A stretch of 64,000 nucleotides of DNA from an uncultured Solirubrobacterales bacterium (lineage in GTDB: Bacteria > Actinomycetota > Thermoleophilia > Solirubrobacterales > 70-9): the NCBI GenBank assembly GCA_963824215.1, contig CAWGOE010000004.1, forward strand, positions 137,629-201,628, read 5' to 3'. The translations under genes were made by a program, and so were the position numbers. A model generated the notes under the pieces. That model did not search any database and was not told the origin of the DNA. It saw only the letters and a list, made by a program, of their open reading frames with translations. Shown here one piece after another: positions 9,772 through 17,322 of the stretch. The number at the start of each line of letters is the position of its first letter. The stretch's first letter is position 1.

Positions 9772-10917
9772 TCATCCCGTGCAAGGGCCCGTGTCCACCT
9801 CCGTCGCTGCCGCTTCGACGAGTGCCTCCTCGACTATCTCGTTTGGGATCGCGAAGCCGCCGAGTGGGCCGGAGGTGGTGGCGGCGAAGACGGTGGCCAT
9901 CACCTTGCCGTTCGGGTCGACCAAGGGACCGCCCGAGTTGCCACTACGGACGTGGCCACGCAGCGAGGCGATCTGGCGCTGGATCGGGCCGTTGCCGTAT
10001 GCGTCCTCGCTGATCGCCGTGTTGATGTCGCCCATACGGGCAGCCGAGACGGCGTAGGGGCCGTTTTCGGGGTAGCCGAGGACGGCACCGGAGGTCCCCC
10101 GTTGGGGATCGGGCGCGATCGATAGGGGCGGAATCGATGCCCCGATTTGCAGCACGGCAAGGTCGTTGGCGGGGTCGTAGCGAACCGGCACTGCCTCAAG
10201 GGAGGCGCCATCGATCGTGTTGACCGTGGTGTCGTCCTCGCCGGCGATGACATGGGCGTTGGTGACGACCAGGCCCGGCGCGGCGACCCAGCCCGAACCC
10301 TCGACGCCGAGCCCGCAGGCAGTACCCAGCACGCGGACCACTGAGCGGCTCGCGCGGCGCACGTCCGGATCGGAGGCGACCCCCGAGTCCGGCGGGGCGA
10401 CAGGGGCGGTCGGACCGGTGATCGAGGGGGCAGGATCGATCCTGTTCAGCGCATTCAAGACCGGCCCCGAGGGCGGCAGCACGTCGTTCAGCTGGCGCAG
10501 GATCAAGGAGCGCTGCACGTCGCCGCGCAGCTGCGCGGTGCCGGGGGCGTGCAAGGCGACGGCGCCGAAGACCCAGACCAGTCCGAGGGCGACCGCGGCA
10601 ATCAGCGCCGCGCCGCCGGCCCCGTCGGCGAGATGCAGCGCGCCTCCGCGGACCAGGCGCTCGCGCAGGCCCAGTGCCAGGCTCTCCAGCGTCAAGGCGA
10701 CCAGGGCGCCGACCAACAGCGCCCCCAGCGCCGCGAACAGGGGCGCGTAGGGGGAGCTCGCGCCTTCGCTCAGCAGCAGCGGCGCGATCCTGGAGCCGGC
10801 CACCGCTCCCGCGGCGAACCCGCAGAGGGTGAGCATGCCGACGATCAAACCCTGCCTGTAGCCCCACATCGCGAAGGCGATGGTGAAGGCGACGATCGCC
10901 CAGTCGAGAACGGTCAT
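9772..10917 (-). CDS. CvpA-family membrane domain fused to trypsin-like serine protease (MarP-like)
   Basis: N-terminal TM helices (MTVLDWAIVAFTIAFAMWGY...), TNAHV His motif and GNSGGPLV Ser motif. Start set at the internal Met at 10917. Confidence 0.85.
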   Translation of the reverse strand: MTVLDWAIVAFTIAFAMWGYRQGLIVGMLTLCGFAAGAVAGSRIAPLLLSEGASSPYAPLFAALGALLVGALVALTLESLALGLRERLVRGGALHLADGAGGAALIAAVALGLVWVFGAVALHAPGTAQLRGDVQRSLILRQLNDVLPPSGPVLNALNRIDPAPSITGPTAPVAPPDSGVASDPDVRRASRSVVRVLGTACGLGVEGSGWVAAPGLVVTNAHVIAGEDDTTVNTIDGASLEAVPVRYDPANDLAVLQIGASIPPLSIAPDPQRGTSGAVLGYPENGPYAVSAARMGDINTAISEDAYGNGPIQRQIASLRGHVRSGNSGGPLVDPNGKVMATVFAATTSGPLGGFAIPNEIVEEALVEAAATEVDTGPCTG

Positions 10918-11315
10918 TGGAGAATCCAAGCAGGCCAGCCTCCCGGGCCCGTTACTTACGTTCAGTAAGCTGCAATGCAGTGGAGGCCGTATCCGCCCAG
11001 GCTCAGCACTCCGGCGTCTGCCCACATTTCCACGCTGCGATCGAGTTGATCGGCAAACGCTGGACGGGGGCGATCGTTTTTGCCCTGACCGAGGGCCCGC
11101 TGCGCTTCGGCGAGCTGGCAAAGGCGGTCCCCGGGCTCTCCGACCGCCTGCTCTCACAGCGCCTACGTGAGCTCGAGCAGGAGGGGCTGGTCGAGCGCGA
11201 GGTCGAAGCCGGCTCGCCGGTCCGCGTCACCTACTCGCTGACCGAGGCCGGGGTGGAGCTGGGGCCAGCGATTGCCGAGCTGAAGGAGTGGGCTCGCCGC
11301 TGGCGCTCGGGATAG
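10917..11315 (+). CDS. HxlR-family transcriptional regulator
   Basis: CPHFHAAIELIGKRWTGAIVFAL..GPLRFGEL...LS.RLRELE..GLVER is the HxlR signature. The start is uncertain (TTG 10917 or GTG 10980). Confidence 0.8.
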   Translation: MENPSRPASRARYLRSVSCNAVEAVSAQAQHSGVCPHFHAAIELIGKRWTGAIVFALTEGPLRFGELAKAVPGLSDRLLSQRLRELEQEGLVEREVEAGSPVRVTYSLTEAGVELGPAIAELKEWARRWRSG

Positions 11316-11325
11316 CCTCAACCGG

Positions 11326-12630
11326 GTGGAAGAGCTACCCGGGCCGTTCCCAGTCGGGCGCTATGCCCGCAAGCTGCAGGAGGAGCTGCGTCGACGGGCG
11401 CGGGTGCGACTGGTCGGCGAGGTGACCGGCATTTCGCGCAGCAAGGTCCAGGCCTACTTCGAGCTGCGTGATCCGGAGGGCGCTGTGCCCTGCGCGATCT
11501 GGCTCGACGACCTGGAGAAGGCCGGCCTGCCCGAGGCCGGCCTGCGCGACGGCGCCGAAGTCGTGATCGGCGGCGGCCCCGACTACTACCCTGGCGGCGG
11601 CCAAGCCTCACCCAGCTTCGCCTTCCGCGCCACCCACGTGCGCCTTGCCGGCGAGGGCGACCTGCTCGCCCGGCTCGAGGCGTTGCGCAAACAGCTGCGC
11701 ACCGAGGGTCTCTTCGAGCTGCAGAAGCAGCTCGCCCGGCCGCGGTTGCCGAAGGCAATTGGCGTGGTGACGGCGGAGAGCGGCGCCGCGCGACGCGATC
11801 TGTTGGCTGGGCTGCGACGGCGAGGCTGGGCCGGGACGGTCGTTTGGGCGTTCGCGCCGGTGCAGGACCGCCGCGCAGCGCCGGCGATCACCGCGGCGAT
11901 CCAGGAGCTCGCGGCGACCCCATCCGTTGAGGCGATCGTCGTCGCCCGCGGCGGTGGCAGCCTCGCCGACCTCTGGGCCTTCTGCGACGAGACCCTCTGC
12001 CGCACCGTTGCGCTGCTGCGCGTTCCGGTTGTCAGCGCCGTCGGCCATGAGCGCGACTCGACCCTGATCGACGACGTCGCCGCGGTCGCCTGCTCGACCC
12101 CGACCCATGCTGCCGAGGCGGTCGTACCGCTCGATTGCAACGCCGCCCGCGCCGGCCTCACTCGCAGTGCCAGCGCCCTGCGACGTGCCGGCGAGCGCGC
12201 GGTCGGGGCTCGCAACCGCCACCTCGTGGCGCTCGCTCGCGGGCCAGCGCGGGCGTTGCGGCGGGAGCGAATCGCACTCAACCAGAAGACCCGGGAGATC
12301 CGCGCTTCTTCTGAACGCGGGCTGGCCGAGCGCCGCGCCTTCCAGCGCCGCCTCACTCTCGTCGTCCTTGCCCGCGCCGCCCGCCGCGCGGCGGGGGCCG
12401 AAGCTGCCAGCAGGCGCGAGGCGCTGCGCCGGGCCGAGGTGGCGTTTCGCGCCCACGAACCCGAGCGCACCCTGGAACGTGGCTACGCCCTCGCCGAGGA
12501 CGGTGAGGGGGAGGCGGTGACCAGCGCTGCCGGCGCGCTCGCCGCGGGGCGCGTCAAACTGCGCTTTGCCGACGGCCGTGTCGGCGCCCAGATCGACGAG
12601 CATGGAGAGAGCGATGAGCGAGACCCCTGA
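11326..12630 (+). CDS. xseA: Exodeoxyribonuclease VII large subunit
   Basis: OB-fold N-terminus and the GGGSLADLWAFCDE motif. GTG start. Overlaps the downstream xseB. Confidence 0.9.
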   Translation: MEELPGPFPVGRYARKLQEELRRRARVRLVGEVTGISRSKVQAYFELRDPEGAVPCAIWLDDLEKAGLPEAGLRDGAEVVIGGGPDYYPGGGQASPSFAFRATHVRLAGEGDLLARLEALRKQLRTEGLFELQKQLARPRLPKAIGVVTAESGAARRDLLAGLRRRGWAGTVVWAFAPVQDRRAAPAITAAIQELAATPSVEAIVVARGGGSLADLWAFCDETLCRTVALLRVPVVSAVGHERDSTLIDDVAAVACSTPTHAAEAVVPLDCNAARAGLTRSASALRRAGERAVGARNRHLVALARGPARALRRERIALNQKTREIRASSERGLAERRAFQRRLTLVVLARAARRAAGAEAASRREALRRAEVAFRAHEPERTLERGYALAEDGEGEAVTSAAGALAAGRVKLRFADGRVGAQIDEHGESDERDP

Positions 12631-12844
12631 GTCCTACGAGGCCGCCGTGGAGCGGCTCGAGCAGATCATCGATCGGCTCGACTCCGGCCAGGCCGGCTTG
12701 CGCGAAACGCTCGAGCTGTGCCGCGAGGGCCGCGAGCTTGTCACCTACTGCTCGGGCGAGCTCGATGCGGTCAGCGAGGGACTCGAGGAGCTGCGTCTCG
12801 ACGAGCTGGCGGCAAAACTGGAGACGACCCCGAGCGAGAGCTAG
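12614..12844 (+). CDS. xseB: Exodeoxyribonuclease VII small subunit
   Basis: MSETPESYEAAVERLEQIIDRLDSG...LE is typical of XseB. Overlaps the xseA stop. Confidence 0.88.
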   Translation: MSETPESYEAAVERLEQIIDRLDSGQAGLRETLELCREGRELVTYCSGELDAVSEGLEELRLDELAAKLETTPSES

Positions 12845-12870
12845 CGAAAGGACCTGCCTTGAACGCAACG

Positions 12871-13260
12871 ATGCCCCTGATTACCGGTACCGACTTCATC
12901 ACCGTCGCCACCCAGGACTTCGATCGAGCGATCGAGTTCTACGGCGGCGTGCTCGGCCTGCCCGAGTCGAAGCGCTGGGGCAACATGCCGGGTGTTGAGT
13001 TCGAGACCGGCAACCTGACGATCGCGATCATGCAGTCGGATGCGTTCGGGCTCGAGTTCCGCGCTCACAACCACCCGATCGAGTTCCGTGTCGACGACGT
13101 GCCAGCCGCCCGCGCCGAGCTCGAATCGCGCGGCGTCGCCTTCGAGGCCGACACGCTCGACTCCGGTGTCTGCCACCAGGCTTTCTTCGCCGATCCCGAC
13201 GGCAACGCCCTGGCGATCCACCATCGCTACGCGCCGCCCGGGGCCCCTGAGCCTTCATAG
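12871..13260 (+). CDS. VOC/glyoxalase-family protein
   Basis: FITVATQDFDRAIEFYGGVLGL and ...FFADPDGNALAIH motifs. Start at the internal Met. Confidence 0.8.
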   Translation: MPLITGTDFITVATQDFDRAIEFYGGVLGLPESKRWGNMPGVEFETGNLTIAIMQSDAFGLEFRAHNHPIEFRVDDVPAARAELESRGVAFEADTLDSGVCHQAFFADPDGNALAIHHRYAPPGAPEPS

Positions 13261-13270
13261 GGGGATCGCG

Positions 13271-13741
13271 GTGGGCGAGTTCCAGCCCGAGGTACGACGG
13301 GCGACGCCACGCGACGCCGCGACCGTGGCGCGCCTCCTGCACGACTTCAACACTGAGTTCGACGAACCGACGCCGACCGTAGAGACTCTGACCGAGCGGG
13401 TCCGGGAGCTGATCGCCGGCGGCGTAATCGTCGTCTTGCTCTCTGGCGATGGCCCCGATGGCCTTGCCCAGTTTCGCTTCCTGCGCTCGGTCTGGAGCGA
13501 GGGCCTCGACCTCTACCTGGAGGAGCTCTACGTCATCCCAGCTCGACGGGGCGAGGGAATCGGCCGTGCCCTGCTCGAGGCGACGATGGCGGCCGGCCGC
13601 GAGGCCGGCGCCACCCGCATCGACCTCAACACGGGCGAAACCGACACAGCGGCACGGGCGCTATATGAGAGCACCGGCTTCACCAACCGCGAAGGCGGGG
13701 AGGACGGTCCGGCGATGCTCTACTACGAGCGCGACCTCTGA
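13271..13741 (+). CDS. GNAT-family N-acetyltransferase
   Basis: LEELYVIPARRGEGIGRALLEA (acetyl-CoA binding motif A). GTG start at 13271 is in frame within ORF 13040..13741. Confidence 0.8.
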   Translation: MGEFQPEVRRATPRDAATVARLLHDFNTEFDEPTPTVETLTERVRELIAGGVIVVLLSGDGPDGLAQFRFLRSVWSEGLDLYLEELYVIPARRGEGIGRALLEATMAAGREAGATRIDLNTGETDTAARALYESTGFTNREGGEDGPAMLYYERDL

Positions 13742-13754
13742 GGCTGCCTGACCG

Positions 13755-13832
13755 GCGCATCTCAGCGTCCTCAGTCGGTCGGCTGCGGGTCACGCACTGG
13801 AGTGCGCTCCCCTTGCCGGCCTCCCTGCGTCC
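13755..13832. repeat. REP-like dispersed intergenic element, copy A
   Basis: About 80 percent identical by eye to 29883-29959. Bracketed by a perfect 14-bp inverted repeat at 13740-13753 / 13844-13857. Confidence 0.8.
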
Positions 13833-13845
13833 TTGATCTGCTTGG

Positions 13846-16800
13846 TCAGGCAGCCTCAGGACCAGAGCAAAGGCGGCCAAGGGCCGGGCATCCGCGGCAT
13901 AGGTCCCAAGTGCGCTCATCCGGCGACGCCACAGGGAACTCGCCGGCGGCGATGCGTCTGATCGTCTTCTCGAGCTCGGCCCGTCCGTGCACCATCGCCT
14001 CGCCGTCGAGCAGCTCGACCACAGGCTCCTCGGGCCGTTCGAGGAAGACGTAGGCGACCTCGACCGCGGCTGCGTCGCGCGCCTCGGCAACTGCCAGCGC
14101 GTAGACCGCCCGCTGCGTTGCGTACTTGGCGGCGCGTTGGGCTGGCGTCACGCCGTCCAGGCGGTCGGTCTTGTAATCGACGACGAGCGGTGGCGCCCCT
14201 TCACGCTCGACCAGTAGATCGATCGAGCCGCGCAGGGTCGTGCCGGAGACGCCGAGAAGCAGCGGCACCTCGGCGCGGGCGGATGCGTTGCCGGCGAGGA
14301 TTTGCTCACGCAGCATCGTTGAGCCGAGCCAGGCGCGGATCGACGCTTGCAGCCCTGCCTCGACTTTGCCGCCCGGGTCCAGGCCTGCGGCGGCCGCATG
14401 GCTCCGGACTAAATCCGCCGCTGGCTCGCGCCAATCGTTGGCCTGGCTCCACTCGAGCAGCGAGTGGACGGTGGCGCCGCGGGCCGCTGCCTCGTCTCGG
14501 GAACCAGCGCGAACGCGCTCGCCCAAATCGAGGACTCGCTCCATCTGGAAGCGGTAGGCGCATTCGTCATAGGCGGCGAGCGCGGTGTAGGAGAGCGGGC
14601 GGTTGGGAACCGTCGGTGGGCGGCCCTCCAGCAGCGGCGCCTGTCCCGTGCTTGGCTCTGTAGTGGTGTCGGGATCGCGCCGTGTCCTGGTCAACTCGAC
14701 GGCGCGCTGCGGCGACGGGGTGTTGAGCCGCACGTCGATCAGCGAGGGCGAGAAACTCGACTCCAGTCCCTCGCGCGGCTGCGGCGCCGGGATCACGATC
14801 ACCGAATCTTGCTCGCGGTCAACCTCAAACCCGTCGAGGATGCGCTCGATCACCGGCGTGCCGGGCTGCGTGCCGCGGCCCGGTTTCGACATCGCCACGC
14901 CGCTGAGGATCAGCCGTTCGCGCGCCCGCGTTGCGGCGACGTGGAAGAGGCGCAGCTCCTCAGCCGCTTCACGCTGCTGGGCCTCGGCGCAGAGCGCCTC
15001 GTGGGCGTAGAGGTTGATCGAGGCGGCGCCGAGGCGGCGCAGCTGCATTCCCACCCGCGGCTCCTCGCTCTCGTGGCCGAGCATCAGCGGCGGCAGGCGC
15101 GAGCCGGCCAGCAGGCGCCGCGAAAGGCAGGGGACGGCGACGACGCCGAACTCGAGACCCTTGGCGCTGTGCACGGTCATGACCCGCACCCCGTCGTGGC
15201 CCTCGATCGCGCTCGCCGCTTCCGCCTCGGCGTCGGCCTCGGCCCGTGAGGCGAGGAAATCGAGCAAGCCGCGCAGATCGCGTCCCTCGCGCACCTCGAA
15301 CTCCCCCGCCAGTCGCATCAGCTTGCGCACGTTGGCGAAACGCGCCTCTCCCGACGGGCGCATCAGCACCGCCAGGTCGTAGCCGGTCTCGGCGATCGCC
15401 GCCTCGATCAGGCCGGGGAGGGTGAGGCGCCCGGCGCGCTCACGCAGGCTGACAAGCGTCTGCGCGAAATCCCGCAGGAGGCCCATCTCCGGCTCGGAGA
15501 TCTCCGCCAGGCGCTCGGGGGCGTCGAGCTCGGCCTCGCCCAAGCCCGCCGCCACCTCCAGCGCCGGCCAAACATGGCGCCGCCGTCCCGCCGCGGCGCG
15601 CAGCAGCCAGAGCGTGTCGGGCGCCACGGCGCAGGCGGGGGAAGCAAGAGCACCGAAGAGCGCTTGGTCGTCGAGTGGGTTGGCGATCGTCGCCAGTAGG
15701 GCGCAGACGTCGGCGACCTGTTGCTGGGACCAGTAACCACGGCCACCGATCGTGTACGGGCGTAGGCCGGCGCGCTCCAGTGAATCCTCGTAGGCGTCGA
15801 GGTGGGTGAAGGCACGCAGCAGGACGACCATCTCGCCGCGCTCGACTCCGCCCTCGGCCAGCTCGCGCAGCCGCTCGGCAATGAAGCGCGCCTCGGCCAG
15901 GTGGCTCGGCGGCGTATCGGCGTCGGTTGCCGGCGCCAGGTCGATTCCCTCGCTGTCCCAGCCGTCGCGGGCGGTGAGCAGCAGCTCGACCGCTGGGCCC
16001 TCGCCCGGCGGCTTGGGCAGCTGCGGCGGCGCGCCGACGCGCAGTGGATGAAAGGCATCGCCGAGCAGCCGCTCGCCGATCGCGTTGACGGCGCCGATCA
16101 CCTCCGGGCGTGAGCGGAAGTTGCCGCTCAACTCCATCGCCATGGCCTCGGGGCTCTCTTCCACGGCGCGCCGCTGCTCGCGGAACACGTCGAGGTCGGC
16201 GTGGCGGAAGCCGTAGATCGACTGCAGCTCATCGCCGACGACCATCAGCTCGGCGCGCGGCCCGCGCAGCGCCTCGATCAGCCGCAGCTGCAGGCGGTTC
16301 GTGTCCTGGAACTCGTCGACGAGCAGGTGGCTGAAGCGCGCCCTGTAGGCGTTGCCGATCTCCTCGCGTTCGAGCAGGCGCACGGCGCGCAACTGGAGGT
16401 CCTCGAAGTCGAGCCCGCCGCGCCGCTCCTTGATCGCCTCGAAACGGCGCCCGAAGAGCGTCAGCAACTCGGCGATGTGGCGGTAGGCCTCGCCTGCCTC
16501 GCCGGCCGCGGCGGTCTGGGAGACGGCTGCGTCGACGGCCTCCCGGTAGGCGCTCATCGATTTCGCCTTGCTGTCGGTCCGCAGCGCGACGAGCTGGTCG
16601 AGGTCGGGCGGCCCGGTGCTGGCTTCGAGCACCGCCAGTGCCCGCTCGATCAGCTCGCGATTGGAGTTGGTCGGTTTCAGCTCCTCCAGGGTCTCTGCTG
16701 CGACGGCCGCGGCGTGCCGAATGCCCGCCTGCGGATCCGGCTGCGGCGGCTCGGGCAGGCGAGGCGCCGCGACCCCGCGACTGCGCAGCTCGGCGTGGAC

Positions 16801-17322
16801 GCCGCTGACGATCGACCGCAGTCCGTCGATCTCGAACGCGGCGACGGTCTGCTCCCGCGCCACCTCGCCCTCGGCGAGAAACTCGCCCAGGGCCTCGTCG
16901 AAGGCCTCGCGCGCGGTTCGTTCGGTCTCGGGCCCGTCGAGGACGCGGAAGCGGGGATCGATTCCGGCTGCCACCGGGTGCCCGGCGAGGAGCCGGTTGC
17001 AAAAGCCGTGGATCGTCGTCACCCAAGCCCCGCCGATTGCGCTCAGCAGCTCGGCAGCCCGCTCGGATCCCGCGGCGGCGCGGAGCTCCAGCGCGGCGCG
17101 GATCCGCTGCCGTAGCTCGGTCGCGGCCTTGTCGGTGAAGGTGAAGGCGAGCACGGCGTCGGGAGAGATGCCGAGGTCGCAGACGAGACGGCAGTAGCGG
17201 TCGACCATGACGCCGGTCTTGCCGGTTCCGGCGCCGGCCTCGACCAGGACGTCGTGGCCGCGGGCCTCGATCGCGGCGGCCTGCTCGGGGGTCGGGGCGG
17301 GGGCGCTCACCGCTCCTCCCAC
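13846..17322 (-). CDS. UvrD-type helicase / RecB-family nuclease subunit (AddA/AdnB-like)
   Basis: Walker A AGAGTGKTG, UvrD helicase motifs and a C-terminal PD-(D/E)XK region (DLLVERE...VVDYKTD). Overlaps the upstream partner gene. Confidence 0.88.
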   Translation of the reverse strand: MGGAVSAPAPTPEQAAAIEARGHDVLVEAGAGTGKTGVMVDRYCRLVCDLGISPDAVLAFTFTDKAATELRQRIRAALELRAAAGSERAAELLSAIGGAWVTTIHGFCNRLLAGHPVAAGIDPRFRVLDGPETERTAREAFDEALGEFLAEGEVAREQTVAAFEIDGLRSIVSGVHAELRSRGVAAPRLPEPPQPDPQAGIRHAAAVAAETLEELKPTNSNRELIERALAVLEASTGPPDLDQLVALRTDSKAKSMSAYREAVDAAVSQTAAAGEAGEAYRHIAELLTLFGRRFEAIKERRGGLDFEDLQLRAVRLLEREEIGNAYRARFSHLLVDEFQDTNRLQLRLIEALRGPRAELMVVGDELQSIYGFRHADLDVFREQRRAVEESPEAMAMELSGNFRSRPEVIGAVNAIGERLLGDAFHPLRVGAPPQLPKPPGEGPAVELLLTARDGWDSEGIDLAPATDADTPPSHLAEARFIAERLRELAEGGVERGEMVVLLRAFTHLDAYEDSLERAGLRPYTIGGRGYWSQQQVADVCALLATIANPLDDQALFGALASPACAVAPDTLWLLRAAAGRRRHVWPALEVAAGLGEAELDAPERLAEISEPEMGLLRDFAQTLVSLRERAGRLTLPGLIEAAIAETGYDLAVLMRPSGEARFANVRKLMRLAGEFEVREGRDLRGLLDFLASRAEADAEAEAASAIEGHDGVRVMTVHSAKGLEFGVVAVPCLSRRLLAGSRLPPLMLGHESEEPRVGMQLRRLGAASINLYAHEALCAEAQQREAAEELRLFHVAATRARERLILSGVAMSKPGRGTQPGTPVIERILDGFEVDREQDSVIVIPAPQPREGLESSFSPSLIDVRLNTPSPQRAVELTRTRRDPDTTTEPSTGQAPLLEGRPPTVPNRPLSYTALAAYDECAYRFQMERVLDLGERVRAGSRDEAAARGATVHSLLEWSQANDWREPAADLVRSHAAAAGLDPGGKVEAGLQASIRAWLGSTMLREQILAGNASARAEVPLLLGVSGTTLRGSIDLLVEREGAPPLVVDYKTDRLDGVTPAQRAAKYATQRAVYALAVAEARDAAAVEVAYVFLERPEEPVVELLDGEAMVHGRAELEKTIRRIAAGEFPVASPDERTWDLCRGCPALGRLCSGPEAA

